From the IMG/VR virus record IMGVR_UViG_3300017605_000245, positions 1 to 64,000 of that record: a stretch of 64,000 nucleotides of DNA. The stretch is one strand, 5' to 3'. Below the pieces are notes generated by a model. It did no database searches. It had not been told where the DNA came from and saw only the letters and a list, made by a program, of their open reading frames with translations. Source of the stretch: a virus (lineage: Duplodnaviria; Heunggongvirae; Uroviricota; Caudoviricetes; Crassvirales). The position numbers were made by a program, and so were the translations under genes. Shown here piece after piece: positions 19,450 to 28,042 of this stretch. Numbering within the stretch: the stretch's first letter is position 1; each line of letters opens with the position of its first letter.

Positions 19450-19782
19450 ATGAACACAAAAACATTTTATGGACTATGTGCAGTTATCTCATCATTTGTA
19501 TTATTTTGTGTAGCATTCACAATATATACAATATGTACTGCACCTTCAAATGATAATTTAAATGTATCGTTACCTGAAGAAATTAAAGTAGCTGAACAAA
19601 ATGATAAGCTAATAGTATTAAGTGTATCAGATTCTATATATTTAGGATATGATAACAAAACAGAATATGATTTAGAATTAATTAACAATGATTCTATTCG
19701 TGTATACTCCGTTGTAAGTGATACAACATATTATTGTCATCCAAATGACCTATTACAGGTATTAGTAGATGATAATCAATAA
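19450..19782 (+). CDS. Membrane-anchored hypothetical protein
   Basis: 110 aa with N-terminal TM helix (FYGLCAVISSFVLFCVAFTIYTIC). First gene of the plus-strand block. Confidence 0.35.
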   Translation: MNTKTFYGLCAVISSFVLFCVAFTIYTICTAPSNDNLNVSLPEEIKVAEQNDKLIVLSVSDSIYLGYDNKTEYDLELINNDSIRVYSVVSDTTYYCHPNDLLQVLVDDNQ

Positions 19783-19997
19783 ATAATAAAGTTATGAGCC
19801 CTTTGTGGTACTGTGTAATTCATATCTAATGTCATGACAGTGTAGACATTTATTTAATAATATAAAATACCACATTTATATGATTATTATCTTAGGTATA
19901 ATATTACTATGGGTAGTAATAATACCAATATATATTGTATTTAACTTAATTAGACAATCAATTATTAATTGGAACAAATAACAAAACTAAAAACATT

Positions 19998-20561
19998 ATG
20001 AAAAAACTATTATCAATTGCATTAATTGTTATCAGTATGGTAACATATGCTCAGACAGAAAAAGAAAGCTATTTCTCATTATCATCTAAGTTTGATGTGA
20101 AGAATGCTATCGTTGGTAGCGAACCAACAAATAATAAATCAGCATTAGATTTGCATTTAAATGCTAATATGGTTAAAAACAATTTTGAATTATCTATGGG
20201 TTATGAAACATTTCATACAATTGGATTTGAGAAATATTCTGTAGATTTTGGATGGCACTTTCCAAGATATATACCAATCTTTAATAAAGAGATTGATATT
20301 ACTATTGTACCATCTATAGGATTTAGTATGATTAATCGATATGATTTAGGTATTAAATCTATTACAGGTGAAACATTAAATAGAATGGGATTTGTAGCAA
20401 TACAAGGAAATCTTTCTTTTAGAGTTCCATTAACAGATACTATATTATTAGATTATACCATTGAAGCACAAGGAAGACCTGATAGAGAATTTCTATATCC
20501 TGAAACTACAAAATCTTCAGTTATATTTAGTAATTTAGTAGGAATACATTATAAATTTTAA
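19998..20561 (+). CDS. Secreted outer-membrane beta-barrel-like protein (OmpX/Lom-like size class)
   Basis: Bacteroidetes-style signal peptide MKKLLSIALIVISMVTYAQ. Alternating hydrophobic beta-strand pattern. C-terminal ...GIHYKF ends in an aromatic residue (the OMP C-terminal signature). 187 aa fits an 8-strand barrel. Confidence 0.5.
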   Translation: MKKLLSIALIVISMVTYAQTEKESYFSLSSKFDVKNAIVGSEPTNNKSALDLHLNANMVKNNFELSMGYETFHTIGFEKYSVDFGWHFPRYIPIFNKEIDITIVPSIGFSMINRYDLGIKSITGETLNRMGFVAIQGNLSFRVPLTDTILLDYTIEAQGRPDREFLYPETTKSSVIFSNLVGIHYKF

Positions 20562-20562
20562 T

Positions 20563-20826
20563 ATGTTTGTAATACATAATGGTCGTTGGGTGAATAATAG
20601 TAGCCCAACAACACCATTAACTGCGATGGAACAACATGCAGTAGCTAGACATATTAAAACTACAATGTCATCACTATTTGGTACATTTGAAGCTACACCA
20701 AATAAGATTAATGCTATTAATCAAATTGTACAATCAGACGAAACTAAATCATTATTAATTAACAGAATTTTAAACTCTACACCTAAAAAGCTAAAAGAAA
20801 TTAAATTGTTTTTAGGTGTTAAATAA
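20563..20826 (+). CDS. Hypothetical protein
   Basis: 87-aa ORF, 2-nt spacing from the upstream gene. Confidence 0.3.
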   Translation: MFVIHNGRWVNNSSPTTPLTAMEQHAVARHIKTTMSSLFGTFEATPNKINAINQIVQSDETKSLLINRILNSTPKKLKEIKLFLGVK

Positions 20827-21208
20827 TAATATTATGAAAAATATAATTGTAATTGTTAAAAAACAAAAAGAATTAGATATTCCTTCTAAAGGTACATTGG
20901 GTGGTTCGGTTCCATTGTTACGAATAGGAAGAATAAATAATCCTAAAATAAAAAGTTAAACATTGAATTTGTAAATAAAAGGTAAAATTAAGACTGAAAG
21001 GTAGCCGAGGTTGTAATCTCCTCATCTAATTTACAAAAAGATACTAAGCCTGAATTGACAGGATGTTAGAGATATTGGGGCAGCACCAATACTTGTTAGA
21101 CTAACAGTAAAGTCGCTAACGGAGTAATCCTAATATTTTCAATGTTTTTAAAACAGTTTTAATACTTTCTGTAAAAAAGTATTATTTTTAACTAATTAAT
21201 CTATAATT

Positions 21209-21463
21209 ATGAGTAATTTACAAAGATTAACAAATAATGCTTTTGGTATAAGAAAGTATTTAGCTAAAAAAGGTTTTGATGTTGGAGGTAAAGGTAGAAA
21301 ACCAAATGAAATATTAATTAAATTCTTAAAAGAACATAATTTAAAATATGAAAAATGGAATTCTAGATATAAAGGTTTCTTTACTGCAGAATTATCAAAT
21401 GCAATAACAGTTTCGGATAATTGGGAACTATTTAAAATTTGGATTAATAATCAAACAAAATAA
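21209..21463 (+). CDS. Hypothetical basic protein
   Basis: 84-aa ORF, K/R-rich. Confidence 0.35.
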   Translation: MSNLQRLTNNAFGIRKYLAKKGFDVGGKGRKPNEILIKFLKEHNLKYEKWNSRYKGFFTAELSNAITVSDNWELFKIWINNQTK

Positions 21464-21469
21464 TAATTT

Positions 21470-21788
21470 GGGCTCGACTGGTTTTGACCTGATACGTGGA
21501 AAATATAATTCAGCACTGAGAGATAACAGTATAAAACTAAGGTGAATTTTATTAAATGGCAAAAATCAAGTTTCAGCTAATATGGCTAAAGTTATGACAT
21601 TAATTAACTCTGACATCATCGCGAATGAGCCAGAAATGTTAATGGCTGCCTAGTTGCCTTTCTTGCATGGTATAATGCAAGTGGTGGAGAATTAAGTCAA
21701 ACACCAATTGAATTTAATTCCTTAAAAGCTGTATAAAATTATATTAAAAGTTTATTGGGATACGGCGGTTCGACTCCGCCCGAGTCCA
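21470..21788 (+). ncRNA. ssrA: tmRNA-like gene (SsrA-like), with candidate tag reading frame 21619-21651 (ANEPEMLMAA-stop)
   Basis: 5' end GGGCUCG-A-CUGGUUUUGAC resembles the tmRNA 5' motif (E. coli GGGGCUG-A-UUCUGGAUUCGAC). 3' end has a canonical T-arm GGCGG-TTCGACT-CCGCC, then CGAGUCC plus discriminator A. These pair with the 5' GGGCUCG, including a G3·U70 wobble (the tRNA-Ala identity element that tmRNAs keep). The internal short frame GCG AAT GAG CCA GAA ATG TTA ATG GCT GCC TAG encodes ANEPEMLMAA (compare E. coli ANDENYALAA). CCA is not encoded. Confidence 0.55.
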
Positions 21789-21815
21789 CTTGTCAATCGT
21801 GTAAAGTTGATTGTA

Positions 21816-21856
21816 AGTCGTTGAGGGTACGACTATAAATAATAACCCTCATTTTA
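21816..21856 (+). terminator. Terminator-like hairpins after the tmRNA-like gene
   Basis: AGTCG-TTGAGGGTA-CGACT and an outer TGAGGG...CCCTCA, followed by TTTTA. Weaker than the other terminators. Confidence 0.35.
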
Positions 21857-21883
21857 CTAACTAAACTAAATTAATTAAATATT

Positions 21884-22210
21884 ATGGAAAACTCAACAGT
21901 ATTACAACAGGCAGGTTATAAAGGTGTAAAGATTACATCTATAATTAATGCAATTAAATCTAAAGAAATCTATGACAATCTAAGATTAGTACAACAAGAT
22001 GAATTTAGAAGAATTGAAAACAGATATAATAAACTTGGTTATTTAACACAACCATATTTTACATATCTTTGGTCACTATATTGGAACTTTGTATTAAATG
22101 ATTTTAGATTTGAAGATAAAACTAAAACATGGTCTATTCCAAGTAAAATTAAAAACTTTAAAAGAGAACATATTGGTATGACAATATTAAAATCACTACA
22201 AAATGAATAA
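21884..22210 (+). CDS. Hypothetical protein
   Basis: 108-aa ORF. Confidence 0.35.
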   Translation: MENSTVLQQAGYKGVKITSIINAIKSKEIYDNLRLVQQDEFRRIENRYNKLGYLTQPYFTYLWSLYWNFVLNDFRFEDKTKTWSIPSKIKNFKREHIGMTILKSLQNE

Positions 22211-22451
22211 AGAAATTAACTTTAAATTCATATATATTATATTGTTGATAATTATATGTGGAATTATTTATGGTGATTATCTCATATATTTATGGAGTAT
22301 TAAAAATAACAGAATGTCTGATTTTATATGTGGAAATTGTTTAGCAATATCTTTAATATTAGGATTTTTGTTAATTGCTACAGATATTCTTGATAATATT
22401 ATTGAAAATACTTATAAATTTCTAACTAAAAAACGAACTATTAGATTTTAA
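22203..22451 (+). CDS. Small 2-TM membrane protein (distant member of the tandem family)
   Basis: 82 aa, two hydrophobic helices, basic C-terminus TKKRTIRF. Confidence 0.35.
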   Translation: MNKEINFKFIYIILLIIICGIIYGDYLIYLWSIKNNRMSDFICGNCLAISLILGFLLIATDILDNIIENTYKFLTKKRTIRF

Positions 22452-22453
22452 TT

Positions 22454-22735
22454 ATGAAAAATACAACTATTAATAAATTAGGGTTAATGTTATTAGCCCT
22501 AATTGGTTTACTATTATCAATCTCGTGTAAAGAAAATATACCTCGAGATAAAACTATATGTATTCCGAGATTTAGTCTTGGTCAAACAGCTTATATGAAA
22601 CCTGATTCATTAAAAGTTATCATTGATGACGTTAATGATAAAATGGATAAAGGTTATTCATATGGTGTTGTATGGTATACTAAAAACAGAGAACCTCAAT
22701 ATGATTCATATGTATATGAATACATGTTTTATTAA
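22454..22735 (+). CDS. Putative lipoprotein
   Basis: Signal peptide with a lipobox-like LLSISC (Cys about 24 residues in). 93 aa. Confidence 0.4.
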   Translation: MKNTTINKLGLMLLALIGLLLSISCKENIPRDKTICIPRFSLGQTAYMKPDSLKVIIDDVNDKMDKGYSYGVVWYTKNREPQYDSYVYEYMFY

Positions 22736-22746
22736 ATTATAATATT

Positions 22747-23004
22747 ATGAAATATACATTTATTGTTATATGGTTGTTAATACAATCTATAGCATGGTCA
22801 ATTTACATTAGTGTAATGCATTCAGCTTATTTTATATGGAATTTTAAACGATTAAATCATAATTTTACATATAGAACATCAATATCAGACCATGAAATAA
22901 ATCATGGATTTGGTGGTTTATCTACACATCCTTCATATTTTCATTATTTATGGAATATTAAAAAAGATACATTTAACTTTAAATTTAGAAAATATGAGAA
23001 TTAA
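22747..23004 (+). CDS. Small 2-TM membrane protein, family member (C-terminal FNFKFRK motif)
   Basis: 85 aa, two TM helices, C-terminus ...FNFKFRKYEN. Confidence 0.35.
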   Translation: MKYTFIVIWLLIQSIAWSIYISVMHSAYFIWNFKRLNHNFTYRTSISDHEINHGFGGLSTHPSYFHYLWNIKKDTFNFKFRKYEN

Positions 23005-23224
23005 AGGTAAAACAATTATTCAGATAATAGCTTTTATACTTAGTATTATAGGTATTTGGTCTGCTATTAATATCTTTAATAATCCAAATGTGGCAGAAGG
23101 ATTAAAAGTATTAGGTGCTTTTATTGTTGCATTTTCTGCAGTATGTCTTATTGGACTAATAATAGTATTTATTAGTAATATTTGGGATGAGACTTATTAT
23201 ATTAATCTTAAATTTAGGAAATAA
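22994..23224 (+). CDS. Small 2-TM membrane protein, tandem paralog (C-terminal INLKFRK)
   Basis: The ORF track gives 22904-23224. The internal start MRIKGKTIIQ at 22994 avoids overlap with the upstream gene. 76 aa, two TM helices, C-terminus WDETYYINLKFRK. Confidence 0.35.
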   Translation: MRIKGKTIIQIIAFILSIIGIWSAINIFNNPNVAEGLKVLGAFIVAFSAVCLIGLIIVFISNIWDETYYINLKFRK

Positions 23225-23457
23225 TGAAAATAACTATTGGAGATATTGTAACATATCTCATAATTTCAGCATGGATTGGTATTACGGGATATGGTGGTTA
23301 TCTTTTAATTATAAGTAAAACTAAACTTACTGATTTTGAATCGTTTTGTGTTGCTGCTATATGTTTCACAGGATTTTTAGCAGTTATATTTGTAGTAGTA
23401 ATCATTCACCAAAATTGGGATAAAAAATTAACAATTAACTTTAAATTACGTAAATAA
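23224..23457 (+). CDS. Small 2-TM membrane protein, tandem paralog (C-terminal INFKLRK)
   Basis: 77 aa, two TM helices, C-terminus WDKKLTINFKLRK. This closely parallels the preceding gene. Confidence 0.35.
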   Translation: MKITIGDIVTYLIISAWIGITGYGGYLLIISKTKLTDFESFCVAAICFTGFLAVIFVVVIIHQNWDKKLTINFKLRK

Positions 23458-23459
23458 AA

Positions 23460-24047
23460 ATGAAAAACATTTTTACAATTGTAGCTGTAGCAAGCATGAT
23501 GTTTGCCTCTACACAATCTTTTGCACAAACATCTAAGGATGTTACAGGAACTGTTAATAATACAGTAAATCAAGTTAGCGGTCAAGCTACAAATATTGTT
23601 GATAAAACATCAAACGGTATTGGTGTATTGCACGATGATGTTAAAGATCTTTTAGGTGTTGCTCATGAAGATCTAAAAGTAATTGCACCAAAGATTGAAT
23701 CTGCTATCACAGAGATTGCTAAAGGTCTTAAAACAGGTGCAGCTAATGTTTGGGAGATATTAGTCAAACAACAATTAGTGTGGTCACTATGTTATCTATT
23801 AATATTTATATTAGCTATTGCATCATGGATTCATTTCTATTACAGATTTAATAAAGGTTCTCGTGAAGTAAACGAAGACGGTGAATGGCGTGCTGCGAAT
23901 ATTGCAATTGCAGCTATTACGTGTATATTATCAATTGCAATATCTATTGCTGCAGTACAAAATCTTGAACCAATGATGACAGGTTTCTTTAACCCAGAAT
24001 TTGGTGCTATGCGTAACATTATTCAATTTGCTACACAGTTTAAATAA
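23460..24047 (+). CDS. Secreted/membrane protein
   Basis: Signal peptide MKNIFTIVAVASMMFASTQSFAQ, plus two later TM helices. Confidence 0.4.
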   Translation: MKNIFTIVAVASMMFASTQSFAQTSKDVTGTVNNTVNQVSGQATNIVDKTSNGIGVLHDDVKDLLGVAHEDLKVIAPKIESAITEIAKGLKTGAANVWEILVKQQLVWSLCYLLIFILAIASWIHFYYRFNKGSREVNEDGEWRAANIAIAAITCILSIAISIAAVQNLEPMMTGFFNPEFGAMRNIIQFATQFK

Positions 24048-24769
24048 TGAGTAATAAGCTTGAAAGAGAGTTAATCAAACTCCAACAGAAGGAAGAAAGT
24101 AATTCTGTTAAAATTGAAGATCAAGCTCAATTACTATTAGCTGCACCAAAAGAAGATATTGCGATTCTTGAACGTGTAAATATGGATTATCAAATTCATA
24201 AAAATCGTAACATTGTTGCAAAACGAGATAAAATTAACGCTTTTAAGACATTATTTAATAGTCAAGTATATACTGGTGCTCAATTAAGAGATATGTGTGA
24301 TCATTATGATTTAAAATGCTTAAAAGTATCTGAATACAAAGGTAAATTAGATGCTCAACTTGCATCTAAATTAAAAGTTTTTGAAACGGAGAAAAATGTT
24401 ACATTAAATTCTCGTAATCTATTCATACTCGCAGCAGCTGAATCATTTAATAAAAATAATGATAATTCAAATTTAAATTGTATTGTATTATACAGTGAAC
24501 ACGAAAAAGATTATAAAGGAAAATTAGAGGTTGAAGATGTGTTAACAGTAATACATTCTTGGGGTGATAATTTTAAATCTATACGTAAATATAGATTTTT
24601 AATGAATGCTGCAATATTAACAGCAATCTTATTCTTTGGAGTATCTCTTATTGGTCATTCAATGATAGCAACAACAATCTTTGCAGTAATATCTGCATTA
24701 TGTGTCTTATTAGGATGTTTAACAGAAACAACAGAAAGTAAATTATGGAACGTTTTAGAAACAGAATAG
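24047..24769 (+). CDS. Membrane-anchored hypothetical protein
   Basis: 240 aa with a soluble N-terminus and two C-terminal TM helices. Confidence 0.35.
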   Translation: MSNKLERELIKLQQKEESNSVKIEDQAQLLLAAPKEDIAILERVNMDYQIHKNRNIVAKRDKINAFKTLFNSQVYTGAQLRDMCDHYDLKCLKVSEYKGKLDAQLASKLKVFETEKNVTLNSRNLFILAAAESFNKNNDNSNLNCIVLYSEHEKDYKGKLEVEDVLTVIHSWGDNFKSIRKYRFLMNAAILTAILFFGVSLIGHSMIATTIFAVISALCVLLGCLTETTESKLWNVLETE

Positions 24770-25035
24770 CGCTCTTCGCAATTGCGTGGATTATATTACT
24801 ACCAATTGCCGTTAAATGGTATGGTAATTTAGATTACAAAAGAGTATATACTGATGAATATAAAAATTATTTATCAGATACTGAAAAAATTCAAAGATTT
24901 GGACCTTCAAATATTGACAACTATAATGCATATTATAGTCAAACTAAAACAATTGAAGAAACTAGAACAAATATTCCATTTGTATGGAATTATAAAGTTT
25001 TAGAAAAAACTCCAATGAAAGTATTTACAGAATAA
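24745..25035 (+). CDS. Hypothetical protein with N-terminal TM helix
   Basis: 96-aa ORF. Confidence 0.3.
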   Translation: MERFRNRIALFAIAWIILLPIAVKWYGNLDYKRVYTDEYKNYLSDTEKIQRFGPSNIDNYNAYYSQTKTIEETRTNIPFVWNYKVLEKTPMKVFTE

Positions 25036-25043
25036 ATAATGGT

Positions 25044-25114
25044 AGGTGTATATTGTAATGGTAGCATGTGGTGGTCACGTCACTTCGGTACAGGTTCGAT
25101 TCCTGTTATACCTT
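25044..25114 (+). tRNA. tRNA-like gene (anticodon tentatively CAC, Val; D and anticodon stems imperfect)
   Basis: Canonical T-arm ACAGG-TTCGATT-CCTGT. 7-bp acceptor stem AGGTGTA / TATACCT with one G·U pair. D-loop contains GG. Putative anticodon loop gU-CAC-gt. The first pair of both the D and anticodon stems is a T·T mismatch. 70 nt plus discriminator. Confidence 0.5.
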
Positions 25115-25156
25115 CAAATCATTTTTCATAATAGTGATTTTTAGTTAGTTAGTAGA

Positions 25157-25190
25157 AAGTGGGTGAAGATAGTAGCCCACTTTTTTTTTT
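25157..25190 (+). terminator. Rho-independent terminator
   Basis: AGTGGG-TGAAGATAGTA-CCCACT followed by a T10 run. Confidence 0.7.
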
Positions 25191-25241
25191 AAAATCAATT
25201 ATGAATATAAAATTAGTAAATAATAAATTAAAATAATTATT

Positions 25242-26207
25242 ATGACAAAAGAAGAATTATTAGTTAAGGCTAAAAAAGATTATCCTATTGGTACAGCATT
25301 TAAATCTGTATATGGTTATCCTGGAATAGTAACAAGTGAACCTATTCTTGTAGCAGCTCAAGATCATATTTATGTAGAATGTAGAGATGGTGTAAAAAGA
25401 CTTATTTATCAAAATGGTGATTGGGCTATAATAAATCCAGGACCTAGACGTTCTGCAATGTTAAATATAAATACAGAATCACAACGATTTGTGCTACCTG
25501 AGAAATGGTGTGTTAAAGGTTTAGATAATATTGAAATTGTAAATTATTTTAAACAAAATAGTAAAAATAATTTTATATATTCACAAAATCAACAATATTT
25601 TCATTCTGAAAATTTAATAAGAGGAGCGATGTGGATTCTTTCAGTAAGACCTCATCATTCACATACTGAAATAACATTTGCAGAATTTAAAAAACATGTA
25701 CTAAAAATAAAAGATAAACCTATTATGGAAACAAAAGTTAAAGTATTAAAACATGAGATTACTGAAGTTCAAAATGAAGATGGTAGTATTCTTAGATTAG
25801 GTGATGAAGTTATTCATAATAATCTAAAACAAGCTCGTAAACATTTTATAGAACCTTCTAAGATTACGTCATTTATGAAAGATGATGATAAAATCTTAGC
25901 TACTACTACTTATCGTGATGGTAAATTAGGTATTAATATTAATAAATTAGAACTTCATATTGATTCGTTCGTATTACCTATCAACTGGTATGTAAAAATT
26001 ACTGCAGAAAATAGACAGATTGTTAGAGTTTGGTTTGAAGATGTTAAAAATTACGGTCGTCAGTATGTGTTTAGTAATGGTGCCTATTATGGTGAAAAAG
26101 TTCTTACTAATAATTTAAAAGCAGGTCAAGCCAATGATAATATCTCTAATATGCTAGGTGACTTAATTACATTTGAAGAATTTCAAAAATACGTTTTAAA
26201 TCAATAA
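25242..26207 (+). CDS. Hypothetical protein with internal repeat (FVLPxxW(C/Y)VK...)
   Basis: 321 aa. Two copies of a ~25-aa segment: FVLPEKWCVKGLDNIEIVNYF and FVLPINWYVKITAENRQIVRVWF. Confidence 0.4.
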   Translation: MTKEELLVKAKKDYPIGTAFKSVYGYPGIVTSEPILVAAQDHIYVECRDGVKRLIYQNGDWAIINPGPRRSAMLNINTESQRFVLPEKWCVKGLDNIEIVNYFKQNSKNNFIYSQNQQYFHSENLIRGAMWILSVRPHHSHTEITFAEFKKHVLKIKDKPIMETKVKVLKHEITEVQNEDGSILRLGDEVIHNNLKQARKHFIEPSKITSFMKDDDKILATTTYRDGKLGININKLELHIDSFVLPINWYVKITAENRQIVRVWFEDVKNYGRQYVFSNGAYYGEKVLTNNLKAGQANDNISNMLGDLITFEEFQKYVLNQ

Positions 26208-26446
26208 ATTATGAAAAGTTATTGGAATTTAGTATGTGTTACATACTTTCAAATTGGTGTAAACATTATTGGTTTACCTGAAATTATTACCCACAATCAG
26301 TATGAACCTGATAAGCAATATCAAAACGAATCTGCTTATCATAATTAAATAAATTATGAAACAATATGAAAAACACTATCTTGACATTCTTGATGAAGAT
26401 GGTTGGATGGATTGCAGTGGAACTGCATCTTAATTAAATTAAAACT

Positions 26447-26647
26447 ATGTACAAACAACTCTCACAAATACGTGAAACAGGACAAGGTTCTGTAACGTAT
26501 AATTTTGCAGATGGGACTAAACAAGTCGCCACAATTAACTCACAAGTCTTTTACGATGAAAAAGGTCGTAAAAAGGATTTGAATGTAGTAGTAAGTATCT
26601 TTCAATCTACGGCTCATGATTTGAAAGCTATCTCATTTGAATTTTAA
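26447..26647 (+). CDS. Hypothetical protein
   Basis: 66-aa ORF. Confidence 0.3.
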   Translation: MYKQLSQIRETGQGSVTYNFADGTKQVATINSQVFYDEKGRKKDLNVVVSIFQSTAHDLKAISFEF

Positions 26648-26705
26648 TTAATTAACAATATAGAGTATAATTGAAATATATTATACTCTATTTAAAATTA
26701 TTATT

Positions 26706-27470
26706 ATGGAACCAAGAGATTTTGAAAATGGTGGATATTATACACACCAAAACGGAGCAATTCTTAAATATAATGGTGATTTAAGAAACTTACATTATAT
26801 TAGATCTACACAAACTGCCTTTTTACTAAATGCAAATGGTGGTTGGACAGGTAATGGATTTAGAAAATCTACACCTGAAGAAACACATTGGTTAAATGTA
26901 TGTATTCAAAAACGTAGGTTTATTAATAAAGATATTGCGTTGAGAGCATTTAACCCTAAACATCCATCTAGATTTCTTAATGGACTTGATTCTGTCTTAA
27001 GTTCAGAAGGTGAAATGTTTCATATTGGTGATACTATTCCATATAATAAAATATGTGAATTTGAATTAAGAAATAATGTTTTGAGAATTTGGCATTGTGA
27101 CCCATCTTTTAGTACACCAATGAAAGAAGGTCCTTCTAAACAGCCAGGAAATTGTTTTTGGATTGAAAATATTAACAGTATTAAAAAATTCAAACAACCA
27201 TTATTCACAACTGAAGACGGTGTAGATATTTTTGAAGGTGATACTGTTCATATGGTCGATAGATTTGACTATTCAATAACAGATGGAATTGTAAATAATA
27301 AAGATTTTGGTTGTAATAAAACAAGATTTTCATCAAAAGAAAATGCTGAAGATTATGTTGTTTTAAATAAACCTTGTTTAACTTACGGTGATATTCAAGA
27401 ATTTTTAAAAGTTGAGAATTGTGAGAAAGTATATGACTTAGCTGCTGCTAAAATAAAAACACAAGGATAA
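26706..27470 (+). CDS. Hypothetical protein
   Basis: 254-aa ORF. No motif recognised. Confidence 0.4.
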   Translation: MEPRDFENGGYYTHQNGAILKYNGDLRNLHYIRSTQTAFLLNANGGWTGNGFRKSTPEETHWLNVCIQKRRFINKDIALRAFNPKHPSRFLNGLDSVLSSEGEMFHIGDTIPYNKICEFELRNNVLRIWHCDPSFSTPMKEGPSKQPGNCFWIENINSIKKFKQPLFTTEDGVDIFEGDTVHMVDRFDYSITDGIVNNKDFGCNKTRFSSKENAEDYVVLNKPCLTYGDIQEFLKVENCEKVYDLAAAKIKTQG

Positions 27471-27943
27471 TGAAAATATATTTAAAATTAGACAAAAAAC
27501 CTAAAACAGTAAGAGAATTACTTAAGATTTTATTTAGTAGTTATTTTAGTACACAACAAACTCATAATGTTGCTACTTATTTTGATGAACAATGTACTAA
27601 AACACAATGTACTAGTAACAGATTGAGGAGTTTTGATGACATTTTTGATATTGTACACACATATTTTCCAACAGTATCAGATAAAACTATTTTTAAATAT
27701 TTGTTAACATTAGATGTCAAATCTAAAGTTGGTACAACTAGTAATTTACATATTGGTTCTTGCGGAGGTATTAAACGTATAAGAGTTTTATATTATACAG
27801 GTACAAGTGATAATTGTACAAGTTTAGATAGAATTTTAAATCAAACTAAATATGATTCTAAATATTCTATGAGAGAACTATTCAATATGATTAATATTAA
27901 AACTCAAGAAGAATTTACAGCGTTAATTAGTGTTAAAAAATAA
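27470..27943 (+). CDS. Hypothetical protein
   Basis: 157-aa ORF. Start overlaps the upstream stop. Confidence 0.35.
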   Translation: MKIYLKLDKKPKTVRELLKILFSSYFSTQQTHNVATYFDEQCTKTQCTSNRLRSFDDIFDIVHTYFPTVSDKTIFKYLLTLDVKSKVGTTSNLHIGSCGGIKRIRVLYYTGTSDNCTSLDRILNQTKYDSKYSMRELFNMINIKTQEEFTALISVKK

Positions 27944-28042
27944 TGCATTGGTATCTATTTATGTTAAACTTTAAATTTCAAAATAAGAAAACTGTTACAA
28001 ATTAAACTATGACTCAGTTTAATTTAAAAAGTAATAGTATGA

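Noticed and set aside
22904-22993. Upstream extension of the small 2-TM gene (track ORF start 22904)
   Set aside because: It would overlap the preceding paralog by 100 nt. The internal ATG at 22994 yields a protein of the same length and architecture as its tandem paralogs.
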